64,000 nt of DNA from NCBI GenBank assembly GCA_013239625.1, contig MU056050.1, positions 6,085,366 to 6,149,365 of the forward strand, written 5' to 3'. A model generated the notes under the pieces. The model worked only from the letters and a program-made list of their open reading frames with translations. It did not search any database and was not told the origin of the DNA. Positions within the stretch are counted from its first letter, which is position 1. Every line of letters begins with the position of its first letter. Positions 37,610 to 49,205 of this stretch are shown here, one piece after another. The DNA comes from Lama guanicoe (taxonomy: Eukaryota). Both the position numbers and the translations under genes were made by a program.

Positions 37610-39925
37610 TGTGTAGTGAAATCAGCTGAAAGCCTTATGGGGGTTCCCTTGTAACTACCTCTTTGTTTTTCTCTTGCTGCCTTTATAATCTTTTCTTTAT
37701 CTTTAAATTTGGCTGTCTTAATTATACTATGTCTTGGTGTAGGTCTGTTTGGGTTCTTCTTGTTTGGGGCCCTCTGTGCTTTCTGTACTGGAATATCTGT
37801 TTCCTTCTTCAAGTTTGGGATGTTTTTAGTCATGATTTCCTCAAATACCTTTTTGATCCCCTTTTCTCTTTCTTCTCCTTCTGTGACCCCTATTATGCAT
37901 AGATTGACACACTTTACCTCATCAGTCCCTTACATTGCTTTCATTGGTTTTCATTTGCTTTTCTGTCTGCTGTTCTGATTGGGTGATTTCTATTATCCTG
38001 TCTTCTAAATCACTTATTCGTTCTTCTGCATTATTTAGTTTGCTATTGACCGCCTTTAGCTTGGATTTTATCTCAGCAATTGAGTTTTCTGATGTTAATT
38101 GGCTCTTTATAGTTTCTATTTTCTTTTTATAGTATTCTGCATTTCTATTCATAGTCTCTCTTATTTCCTTCAAGTGCTTTATCACCTCCTTTTTGAACTT
38201 AGGATCTAGTAGACTCTCGAAGTCTACTTCATTGTTTGTTCTTCCAGGGGACTTCTCTTGTTCTTTTAATTGGGAGTGGTTCCTCCCCTTCTTCATTTTC
38301 CTTATATTTCTCTGACTCTATGGATTTAGGAGTATTGGCTATCTACTATGGTCTTGAAGGGCTTTTTTTTTTAAATGGGAGCACTCCTGTGTAAACTATG
38401 AGCATCTAACATTTTCGTCATGAAGGTTGTTTTTAGTATGGATGGTTGTCATGTCTTTCCTCTATGTGTACTGGCTATTATCCCCTTGGTTGGGGGTGTG
38501 GTTGGTGTTGTGGTGACCAGAGCCTTCCCTAGTTATTGAGCGGGGCCTCCTCTTTGGTCTGTGGTTGTCACAGCCACAACAGGGGCAGGATCTGCTCCCC
38601 TGTTGTTGGAATGAGGCTTCCAGACCTGTTTCTGAGCTGAGGTGTGATAGGCAGGGCTGGAGCACTTCCACTGGAAGAGGAGCCCCCAAGTATTCCTCCA
38701 CAGGAGATGTCCACTAGGAAGTGCCCTCTGTGGTTTGTCTGCCACTTGTTATGTGGGCTTACAAAGTACACTTTGTTGATGCTGCCCTTGTCCCCGTCTC
38801 AGCTGTGGGAATGTTGGCAACCTGCTCTGGTGTCCCCCAGGTTCTGCACCTGCAGAGCCACCAATGCAGATCCGCTGACGTCAGGCACTAGGACTCGCCA
38901 CAGTGAGCATGTAGTCACACACATGGATCCTCGGTGTGCCACAGGGTCCGCGCAGACCCCAGCCCCACATCCTCGTATGGTACGCAGGCCCACTGTTAAC
39001 ACCAAAGCCGCCCCTGTCCTGCACCGGAACTTGATTCATTTGTCTTTGAGGTGCAGGTCCACAAAGTCACCAGTGGACCAAATCCGCCACTGCTGCTGGG
39101 GCTGGAATCAAATCTCAGTCCTGCCCGTGGAGTTGTAGGACCCCTGGGTATGGATTCAGGTTTCAGCCCCACCTCCGGTGGGGAGTTGCACACCAGGGAT
39201 TTTGTCCTTCTGGTGCAAGCTGCTAAGATGGCTATGTCTGAAATCTGCCTGTCTTCTCACAAGAATGTGCGCCAACTCTGGTGCCAAGCAATACCCTCTG
39301 GGCTAGTGGAGACAGTGGCCGTGGCCTGGCTGCATTGTGCCCCTCCCGCCATGCGCACCAGTAGTGCTGCTTTTTTTATGGGGGTCGCAGGCTGTTCTGT
39401 TCTGCACACACTCCCAGCCACAGCCCGCACCACACTCCGGCCCCCTGAGGCTGCTTCCGCACAGTCAGCCCCAGTCCTCTCCCCGGGCTCCTCCGTGGAA
39501 GCCCGAGCTCCAGCAGCCCTGCTCAGCCTCCCCCTGCAGGCTCGCGTCTCAGGCTGGGGATCGCAGAGACCCTCTGTGCTGGTTTCTCTCCGTTCTGTTT
39601 GCCAAGTGGCTGCAGCTTTCTCCCTTGAGCCTCAGACGCTCCCTTTCTGTCCCTGCTGACCTCCCCACTGGAGAGCGGGCTTCCCAGGGTAAGGGCACTT
39701 TTCCTCCTTTGCTGCTCTCTTTCTGCGGGACAGGTCCCAAACCAATTTCCTCTGTCTTTGTTTTTTTCCTATCCATTTTGTTGAGGAAGCTTCTTGTATT
39801 TCCAAAGTAAGAGCTATTCTGCCGAAGTTCAGTAGGTATTCTGTGCAAATTATTCTGTCTGTAATTCTTGGCGGGAGAGGATGAGCTATGTGTCCTTTCA
39901 CTCCACCATCTTGGCAATCCCCCTC
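37610..39925 (-). mobile_element. L1 5'UTR plus partial ORF1, 3'-truncated
   Basis: ORF1p fragments MKKGRNHSQLKEQEKSP...RISDLEDR and PTPRHSIIK...KAAREK...GTPIRLSADF; GC-rich 5'UTR starting gggggattgccaagatggtggag. Confidence 0.93.
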
Positions 39926-41161
39926 ATATCTATTTTAGTTATTAACCACTTATCATGTTGTTTGTAAATATTTTCTGTTTTTTAGTATGATGTAGGTGAG
40001 GTGAGCTAGAAACCTTGTCAAATGAAAAGGAATTGAAAGTACTAGGAAAGTTTAACATAGATAAGAAAAACTTTGGATGTATATGCAAACAGCCTTGAAA
40101 TATAAGAAAGGGCTGGCAAGCAGTTGATGGATAGATTTACCATGCATCACTCAGGAGAGCTAATAATGGGTTAAAGTTGCAGAACAGTTGGTTTTGTCTC
40201 CACTGTAGAGAACTTTCTGTGAGAGCTATCCAGAGTGGGAGTCTGTACCCTAGATGATAAAAAGCTGCCCCTGGAAATGGGCAAACAGGACAACACAACA
40301 TCCTCGGTCTCTCAGAACTCTGAGGTTCTGAGTCTAAGTTGTTCAACAAAAGTATGCATAAAACCAAGTGAGAAGCTTCTTTAGCTTAAAAACTTTTTCC
40401 ACAACCAGACAGATGCCTATTTACTCAATAAACACAAATACAGAGGAGATATTTTCGGGGGGGCGGGGATCAATACTTTTAACGACAAAACCCATCAATG
40501 TTACTTGTACCAAGTGCCTAGAGTAAATTAAGTTTACAGCTTCAGCAGACTGTCATGTGAAAGTGTGGCAGCGACTAACAAATTGAATTACCATAGTACT
40601 GCATCACTCACAAAAGTATTACTGATAGTGACAGAGGGATATTGAATTTAAATTATTCATTTTTATTGATTGAACATCATGTCTTAACTAGGAAACAAGA
40701 AGAGCTGAGATGTTAGACTTAGATTTTACCTTCCACTGAGGATGACCCCAAAAAGAATATGTGTATATGAAGTTGAGCCCTGTAATAAGCATCAGTTAAC
40801 TGAAGTTTCCTCTGGATACTCTGCCTCTGTCTTTTCTGTCCATACTCACCTAAGTGGGGACTTAGACACCCAGAGCCCTGTGCTTCAATGCCCCCTCCTC
40901 CCTGAGCTCCCACCTTACTCTAGCAGCCTGGATTCATTCCTTGTTTCAAAATCATGTGTTGAGTACTTTTTCTGTACTAGACACCATGCTGGGCATCAGG
41001 GAAACACAGATGAGTATGACTTTCCCTCAAGGAAGACACAAGATAATGTAGGGAAAGAGATCCATAAAACTAAACACAACAAAACAAACTGCAATAAAGT
41101 TGTACATTTCTCCCCCACCATTCAAAATCCCCTGTTCTAAGCTCAACTGTCCTCATATCTA

Positions 41162-41520
41162 AGGAGATTCCTAACCTTTGGGGAATCGCAGAATCCATTT
41201 AAGAATTCTATATAAGCTATGGACTCTCTTCCTAGAAAAAAATTCAAGATAAACAAGGTCCTACTATGTAGCATAGGGAACTATATTTAATATCTTATAA
41301 TAGCCTATAATGAAAACGAATATGAAAAGGAATATGTATATATATATATGTCACTATGCTGTACACCAGAAATTAACACAATATTGTAAACTGACTATGC
41401 ATCAATTAAAATTTAAAACTTTAAAAATTTAAAAAATTCACGGATAGTACATACCTATGTATATAGATAAATGTTTCATTAAATATTGGGGAGTTCAGCA
41501 ATTCCAGAGTTAAATGCCTA
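41162..41520. mobile_element. hAT MITE interrupted by L1 3' end
   Basis: aagctatggactctcttcctagaaaaa...ccagagttaaatgccta; family uncertain. Confidence 0.5.
41247..41430 (+). mobile_element. short L1 3' end
   Basis: TSD aaaaaattca at 41237-41246 and 41431-41440. Confidence 0.92.
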
Positions 41521-41717
41521 GAAGTTCATGATGAGTAAGTAGTTACTGTTTTCCTAATTTCAGGGCATTTCAGTGGTCATGGGGAACTTCTGGACTCTAG
41601 GGCATTAAGGCAAAAGAATTTTGTAACAATGGAAATGTTAGGATTCTTGAAAGGCCACCAAATTATCCCAAACAGGTAGCCTAAATTACAAGATGCACTG
41701 TTTCTAGGTCTTGTTCA

Positions 41718-42092
41718 ATTATCAACTGAATGCTTGTGTCTTCCCAAAATTCATATGTTGAAGCCCATAGCCCCTCAGTATGGCTATATTTGGAGATGGG
41801 CCCTTTAAGGAAGTAATTAAGGTTAAATGAGCTCATAAGAGTGGGGCCCTGATCAGATAGGATTAGTGTCCTTATAAAAAGAGATGCCAGAGAGCTAGGA
41901 CCATCTCCAAAACACACACACGAAGAGATCATGTGAGCACAGGGCAAGAAGGCTGCCACCTAAAAGCCAAGAGAACGGGCTTCAGGATGAAACCTAACTT
42001 GCTGACACCTTGATCTTGGACTCCAGAATTGTGAAAAATAAATGTCTGTTGTTTAAGCCACTCAGTCTGTGGTAGACCAGAAGACTAATATA
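41718..42092 (+). mobile_element. MaLR LTR (MLT1A-like)
   Basis: cccaaaattcatatgttgaagcc...gattagtgtccttataaaaagaga...gtttaagccactcagtctgtggta. Confidence 0.88.
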
Positions 42093-42446
42093 TTCACCAA
42101 ACAAAAATTATCTCATCCAAGTTCTTTGTAGCACTTTCAGGCATCTGTCTGTCACTGTGAAAACCTCCCTTGTCTCATTTTTTAATTAAACAAAGACAGG
42201 AACATTATTCCATCCCCCTCAGGAAAACAACAACACAATTTACATCCATGAATTTTATAGTTGCAGAGATGTCTATCTTAATTGATTTGGGGTCTTTTTT
42301 AATTAAAACATGTATAGTTGTTGGTAGAGCTTGAAAATTAAGCAGCTACCATTGGGCTTCAGGCAAGGAAGTTTCTCTGCAGAAAAGTAGCCCCAAGTAA
42401 ATAGCAATCACCCGGCTAGCTATGCCCATTACCCTTTTTTAGCTTA

Positions 42447-42612
42447 AGGCCTTGCTCCAAGTGTGGCTGATGGACCAGTTGTATCAGCACCACCTGGGAA
42501 TTTGTAAGCAATGCAGAATCCCAGGCCCATCCTAAGCCCATGGAATCAGAATTTGCATTTTAACATGATACTTAGATGATTTGTGTGAGCATGAAATTTG
42601 AGAAAGGCACTG
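42447..42612. mobile_element. MER5A-like MITE
   Basis: tgctccaagtgtgg...cagcaccacctgggaa...aatcagaatttgcattttaaca. Confidence 0.8.
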
Positions 42613-42719
42613 CCTTAAAGAACAGCTTAGTCCATACTGGGACAGCACTGGGTGGACTCCCAGGCCTAAGGGATTTGGACTATTGGGCACATAAGTTTAA
42701 GGATTAAGGTGCTTCCACT

Positions 42720-42888
42720 GGAGTTGTCACAGCATCCAGGAGAGTGCCTGGAACCTAAGAAACTGCAGTAAATATTTGTTTATTGATCTATTTAAAAATA
42801 CTTGTTGACTATCAACTATGTGTGAGGCACTATGCAAGGCATTATGGATCCAATCGTGAGAAAGTCTTCCTGGAGCTTACAGTCTAGT
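42720..42888. mobile_element. two L2 3' ends in tail-to-tail orientation
   Basis: gtgcctgg...cagtaaatatttgtttattg followed by aaatacttgttgactatcaactatgtgtgaggcact. Confidence 0.65.
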
Positions 42889-43090
42889 GCAGTGTTTCTC
42901 AAAGAGGTGTCACCTTACTATGTATCCAAGTTATAGGGGGTGGGTATATGTGTAAATAAAGTAAATTCCTGGGACCCATGACAGATCAACTGAATCAGAA
43001 TCTGATCTGAATGGATATGGCCCCAGAAGGCCCATTTTAACAGGCACCTCAGGTGATTCTTTTGCACACTGGAGTCAGAGAGTTAGTGAC
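42889..43090. mobile_element. MER5-family MITE
   Basis: cagtgtttctcaaag...actgaatcagaatct...ttttaacaggcacctcaggtgattct. Confidence 0.75.
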
Positions 43091-43733
43091 TTAGTGGAGA
43101 TGTTGGAAGATCAATGAATAAAATTATTTATTCAACAATCTATTGAGCCCCTACTGTGTGCTAGGCACTGTTCTAGGCACTAGGGATATAGCAGTGAATG
43201 AAATTGCCTGTCCTCATGGAGTGCACATTCCAAATGGAGGAGGCAGAAAATAAACAAATGCATAACATTAACTAGTGATAAGTGCTATGAAGATAAGTAG
43301 AGCAGGGCTAGTTAGTTAGTGATGGGGATGCTATTTCATATAGAGTGGTCCAGAAAGGCCTTTCTCTAAAGCTTATACTTGAGACAAGACTGTAATGAAG
43401 TGAGGGAATGAGCCATGCAGATATCTGGGGAAGATTTTTCCAGAAGGGACAATACAGGCAAAGACCCTGTGTTTGGACTGTGCCTGACATGTTCAAAAAT
43501 AAAAAAGAGGCCAGGGGATGAGCTGGTGGGAAAATGATTGGATTCGAGTCAGAGAGGTGACACAGGTGTGCGAGTATGGACAAGTCCAGTTGGATTTTGT
43601 AGGCCATTCTAAGGGGATTGGCTTCTACACTGTAAGAAATAGGGATCCCCTAGAGAGTTTAAGCAGAGAAGTAAAATGATATGACTTATTATATGGTTTA
43701 CTCTGGTTGCTGTGTAGAATACAGACCGTAGAG

Positions 43734-44175
43734 TGTGTATTACTTAGGACAAAGCTAGGCTGCTATAACAAAAAGACTCAACCTTATGGTAGCTTAAAGA
43801 ACAAAGGAATTTGTCTCTCTCTTAACAGCCCTAATGTGACTACTTCAGGTCCAGAGGGCAAGTCTGTTGCTCATGGTAATTCATAGATCCAGATCCTTTC
43901 CTAATTGTTGCTCTGCCATCAACTAGGGCTTTGTCATGGTCTGCAAGGTCAAAGCCAGACTGTCAAGATATCCACGTTCCAGCAGACAGAAAAAAAGGAT
44001 GAGGGTATAGAGGAAGCAAGCCCAAATGTCACAAGCACCTGACTCAGAAATGGCACTTGTCACTTCTGTTAACATTCCATTGATGAGAACTTAGTCACAT
44101 GCCTACAGCTAACTGCAAGCAATGTTAGGGTATGTAGTCCAGCAGGATCGCTGTGTATCCCATTGTATTTCTTTG
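43734..44175 (-). mobile_element. old MaLR LTR (MLT1J/K-like)
   Basis: ctaggctgctataacaaaa...cattccattgatgagaacttagtcacatgcctacagctaactgcaag. Confidence 0.75.
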
Positions 44176-44344
44176 TCTATATATAAAGAGACTAATGGGT
44201 TTTAAAGTACAGCTAGTAGTGTCTGCCATAAAGGGAAAAGGTGAAAGACAGGAGATGTTGCAGTCATCTAAATGAAAGATGATGGTGGCTTTGACTAAGG
44301 TGGTGGCAGTGGAGGTGGGGAGGAGTGGTTGGCTTATGGATATA

Positions 44345-44579
44345 CAGTCCACCCTTGAACAACATAATGGTTAGGAGTGTCGACTCTCTATGCTGACAAA
44401 AATCTGAGTATAACTTAACAGTCCACATTCTGAACTTGCAGTTCCTCTGAATCCATAGTTCTGCACCCATGGACTCAACTAACTGCAGATCAGGTAGTAG
44501 TGTGGTATTTACGATTGAAAAATATCTGTGTATAAGTGGACCTAGGCAGCCCAAACCCACGTCATTCAAAGGTCAACTG
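44345..44579. mobile_element. Tigger2a-like MITE
   Basis: TA-cagtccacccttgaacaac ... ttcaaaggtcaactg-TA. Confidence 0.85.
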
Positions 44580-44764
44580 TACATATTTTGAAGGATTGGC
44601 TAGTAGAATGAATGTGGTTGTGAAAGTCAAGGATGCCTCCAAGAGTTTTAACCTGAATGACTTGAAAAAGGAGTTGAATGAATGATCAGATGAAAAATCT
44701 TACACCTGAACCAGACATTTCACTCTCCTCCCCATCTTCCTAAACCCAGCACTACATCCTAGTG

Positions 44765-45130
44765 TGAAAAGGACTCAGGTCTTTCCTTGAAAGCCAGATT
44801 TTAAATTTCAATCTACTTATTTCTATGTGTGTGTGTTCTTAAGCAAATCATTTCATTCCACTGAGTCTTAGTTTCCTTCTCTATAAAATAGAAATAATAA
44901 TATAAATATAATAGAGATAATACTATTATTTCCACATTTACTGTGGAGATTAAATAAGATAATGTATAGAAATTACATAGCATAGTGCAAGACACACAGG
45001 AAACACTCTGTGAAAAACAGCCCAAAACATGCGACAGAGATTAAATGTGATTATATAAAGCCTTTGTAAAGCACATAACACAATTCTTGGCATGTGGTGA
45101 GTGCTCAGTAAATGGCATTTGCTATTATTA
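44765..45130 (+). mobile_element. MIR fragments
   Basis: ctgagtcttagtttccttctctataaaat...gagattaaataagataatgtat; second tail to 45130. Confidence 0.7.
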
Positions 45131-46179
45131 AAAGGCTAGAGTTGCCAAAGACAAACTTAATGACTTCCCAAAATTTCCCAGAGACAGCACTGACAAGAGT
45201 ATGCTCTCTCAACACAATGTAGAAACCAAATGAACAAATGAATGTTGGACTGTTTGAAACATTTCTCTAAAACCCCCAAGCTTCTGAGTATGAGTCATAG
45301 TGTCCCTGTCTCTGGTACACAGGACCCTGACATCCTCCATCTTCTAGTGTCAGAGAGTAATATGAATAATCTTTATTCAAAACATAATGTTGCTACAGTT
45401 TCATTAACCATTCATAATGCCTGTGTGTTCGGGAGGAACATAGCATCCATCAGAAACTGAACTCAAGCCAGTCTACGTGAGTGAGTTCTGGCACCAGACA
45501 GGCTAAAGAGACCTGCACAAACCAAACAGAGCAGGGAGAGCCGTGAGAGCCTCTAGTCTTTTCCTCCTGGGTCCTCAGTGTCATTCGTTGAATTTAAGCA
45601 ACTAACTGTATCTCTGATCACGAAATGAGTTTTCTATTGTGACATATCTGTTTTAACCTGCGTATCTGTGTATCATCCTACTCAAAACACTTTGCAAAAC
45701 ACTTTCACACATGTTGTTACTTTTAACAATCTAATGAGGTATTAATTCCATTTTACAAAAGAAAAAACTAAGAGTTAAGGGGTAAAATGGCTTGCTCCCG
45801 ATTGCACAACTAGCAAGTGATCTAAATTCATTTATTACAAAGTAGGGAATGGCTACAGCTTGGATTTAAGATCTTTCTAGTGAAATTCTGAATTTGCATC
45901 ATCATTCTTGGGTTTTCTCACAATTGATAAGGTTTCCTAGTGTAGGTGCCCAACCCAAGCTGGGATCTGTGAATCCTGCACCTACCCTCCCACCCCAGAA
46001 AATGAGTGAGACTTGTAGCATTCGAGTTCTTCGTCTTGTTTGTGTTTTTTCCCACCCATGACTAGAAACTGAGCCTTACCGGAGCAATATGTTCCAGAAG
46101 GTAATGTTTGTTCCACACCTACTGACCAGACTGACTCCCATGGCAGTACTTGCCTCCTGCTTGACGTGAGTTAAAACCC

Positions 46180-46350
46180 TGAGTTCACACCTTCTACCCG
46201 AGAAGCACTGTGCAAATTACTTTGAGTTTTTCTGAGCCTGTTTCCTCAACTGTAAAATGGAAATAAGAGTGGTATTCACTTCATAGAGTTGTTGTAGGAA
46301 ATGAAGTAATGCCTATAAAACACCAGGCACATACGAGTCATCCAACAAAC
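46180..46350 (+). mobile_element. MIR SINE
   Basis: tctgagcctgtttcctcaactgtaaaatggaaataa. Confidence 0.75.
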
Positions 46351-48690
46351 GACGACGGTGTGGTGGGGGTCGTAGTCCTAATTATATAGTTTCCAGATCA
46401 TTCCCTTGCCACTTCCCATCAAAACATTTATTCCATTTCTCCTCAAGGACTTGATCTGTTTAATCATCTCCCAACCTGCTGATAATTTAATGTGCTACCC
46501 TCACTAGAAAACATATATACATTTTAACAAGATACTTGAAATACTTGGCCCAAAGAATTACAAAAACAAAAGTGCTATCCTCCAAAGAGAGAGACTTGGG
46601 GGCTAGTTTTATTTTAGGTACACCCACATTCTATAGGCAGACCCTTATTCTATCTGGTATAAATGCAGGCCTGACTGATGTGTTTGTTTAGCCCCAAATC
46701 TAAAAGAAAAAGAGGGAAGAATGGGTTTTGCTAGGTATTCTAGAAATTGACTTTCAAGCCAAGCTATTTGAAAGTATTATTTTGAAAAAAACAAAAGAAC
46801 AAAACCAAACAAGCCTTTGTTATTCCAACCTCCCTAGCTCCCTGACTCCCGCATCCTAGTCCTCTACCCCCCGACACAAACACACACATAAAGCAAATAT
46901 TTCTAAACACCTAGCAAGCTGTGTAAAAGATCATAATGTTCTGTCACGGTGGGGCCAAGGGTAAATGTTGCATTGTGCTGTAGTCAAATGCATTTGCTAA
47001 GAAATAATGCATGAGAAGGGGAGCACAGGTGGTGTCACAAATGTACAAAAATACTTCTGTGCATCTCAGAATTGATAAACATAAAAAAGCTGAACACAGA
47101 ACAAAATCAGTCAGAACCTTCTCTTCCTGAGAATAGTTGATTTGCTACGGTTATTTTTGAATACCCGGATGGCCGCTAAGGAATGATAAAAATCTTTTAG
47201 ATGCAAATTGATCTTTTCCAGAGGAGCAGAAGATCCTGAGCAGGGTATCTGGCTGCTGTTGGAGTTTTATATTCCATTCAGACACTGGTAAAGCTTTTGC
47301 ATATAAGACAAAAGGGCTGGGTCCTATATTCATCTGAGTGAAATTGACAATGCAGAAACCCACCCTATTCTTCAGTTTATAATCTCTTCCAGGAGGGTTT
47401 GTTGTCCTTGGTAACATTCCAAAGAACCCAAATCTGAATCCTCTTGGCTGTCGGATAGTACACACCTTCCAAACAAGAAATGGTTTTCCCAAGATGAAAT
47501 TTCCCATGGATCCTGGCTGAGGTCTGCTTTAGAAGTCATAGGTACTACATCAGGCAATAAGACTACTAATTCAGAAAATTCTGAGTATAAACCTGGGTAG
47601 GCCTCACTTGGAGGTGGGGGTCTATGTTTATAATTCCTCATCAGCTGGCCATATAGTACTAAAATTCACTCCCTTGGAGTAAAACACAGAAGTAATGATT
47701 AAAAGTTATTGCCCCTAAAAGAGGAGCATGCATATATTAGTTTACCAGGAAGGGAGCTTTATCTTGATAAAGCCGGAGCATTGAGTTATGATCAATGGAA
47801 TGTTGGTCTGAAGGAGGTCCTGGCTTCTGGAGTTTAGGGGTTGGAGGGCATCGAGCAGGTGCTAAAAGGACTTGTGCTAGGATATGAAATCACACAATCA
47901 ACTAAACAATTTTGAGAGCCAAGAGCTGACTCTTGGCTCTCCCCATCTCTGAGAATCACATAATTCCCTCTTATTTTACAATAGCTCCTGAAAGACCCTG
48001 AACAATAACCATGCATTATCACCATGGTAGGGTTTAAACAGACTTAACCTCTGGTAGATACACCTGGGATGCAGTTTTAAGAAACTCACTTATCCACAGA
48101 AATAAGCTACATTTTCTAATATCAGCTTACCTGGGAATAAAGGGGCTAGTTTCATTTCCCATCTGTCTTGTTCTTTTTTCTTAAATATCTGTCGGTTCAG
48201 AAATCAAGGTGTTACTCATTGGACTTCCTCCAATCCAAACAACTGATGCACTGGGCCAAGGGCAAGGAGAAATAGACAAGAACTAGAATTAGCAGGCTAA
48301 AATAACATGAGAATCTCTGGGAGGAGCCAGGGAGGGCACATGGCTACAGGCCTTGGACTTCAGTACTTAGACAAGATATTTTGAACTTGACAGTCTGTTG
48401 AAGTTTACATCAGGCCAAGAGTCTGGATTTTATAATCATGCAATTAGCTTTTTAAATATACAAAGCCAAAATTAACTGCTTGGTGAGAAATTTCTCTAAA
48501 TTGAATTTAAGTTCACAGACCATGACTCCAGATATTTGGATAGACTTGCACCCTCGGCAAGGTTAAAAGCAAGATTTCTTCCTTCAGATAATATTGAATT
48601 TCTGCTGCAATCTTTAGCAGTTCGGAGTACTGGATATGGACAATATAATTTTGCCTGGGATAACTTCCCTAGGGACTGTGGATTGGTTTA

Positions 48691-49205
48691 TGTATCAGTT
48701 GTCTGTCACTACATAACAAATTATGCCAAAACTTAGTTGCTTAAAACAAGAACATTTATTAAGTCAGTTTCTGTAGGTCAGGAATTGGGTGCAACTTAGA
48801 TAGGCTGCAGTCAAGGGGTTATTCATGGCTACAATCACCTCAAGGCTCATCTCAGGGGAACCCACTTCCAAGTTCTTTCACGTGACTATGGACAGCATTC
48901 AGTTCCTCAAGGACTGAGGGCCTCAGCCTTGCTGGCAAGTTCCTTGCCACATGGCCTCTCCCTTGGGCCGCTCACAACATGGCAGCCGACTTCCTCAACT
49001 CAGGCAAGTGAAAAGAGTCAGGGAGGGAGACAATGCTACCAAGAGGGAAGTCACAGTCTTTTGTAACCTAATCATTGAAGTGACACCCCATCACTCTGAT
49101 GTATTCTGTTTGTTAGAAGCAAGGTCCAGCACACACCCAAGGGAAAAGGATTTCACCAGGGGTGAATTCTAGGAAGCAGGGGTCAACGTGAGCCATGAGG
49201 TGACT
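48691..49205 (-). mobile_element. MaLR LTR (MLT1E/F-like)
   Basis: tgtatcagtt...cataacaaattatgccaaaacttagttgcttaaaacaa...gaagtcacagtcttttgtaacctaatc. Confidence 0.85.

Larger units (their letters stand above)
43125..44670 (-). mobile_element. L2 LINE fragment split by MLT1 and Tigger2a
   Basis: attcaacaatctattgagcccctactgtgtgctaggcactgttctaggc...aagtcaaggatgcctccaagagtttt. Confidence 0.85.

Noticed and set aside
39051..39659. 202-aa ORF antisense to the L1 5'UTR (ORF0-like idea)
   Set aside because: Non-ATG start in GC-rich, stop-poor sequence with several overlapping ORFs; expected by chance.
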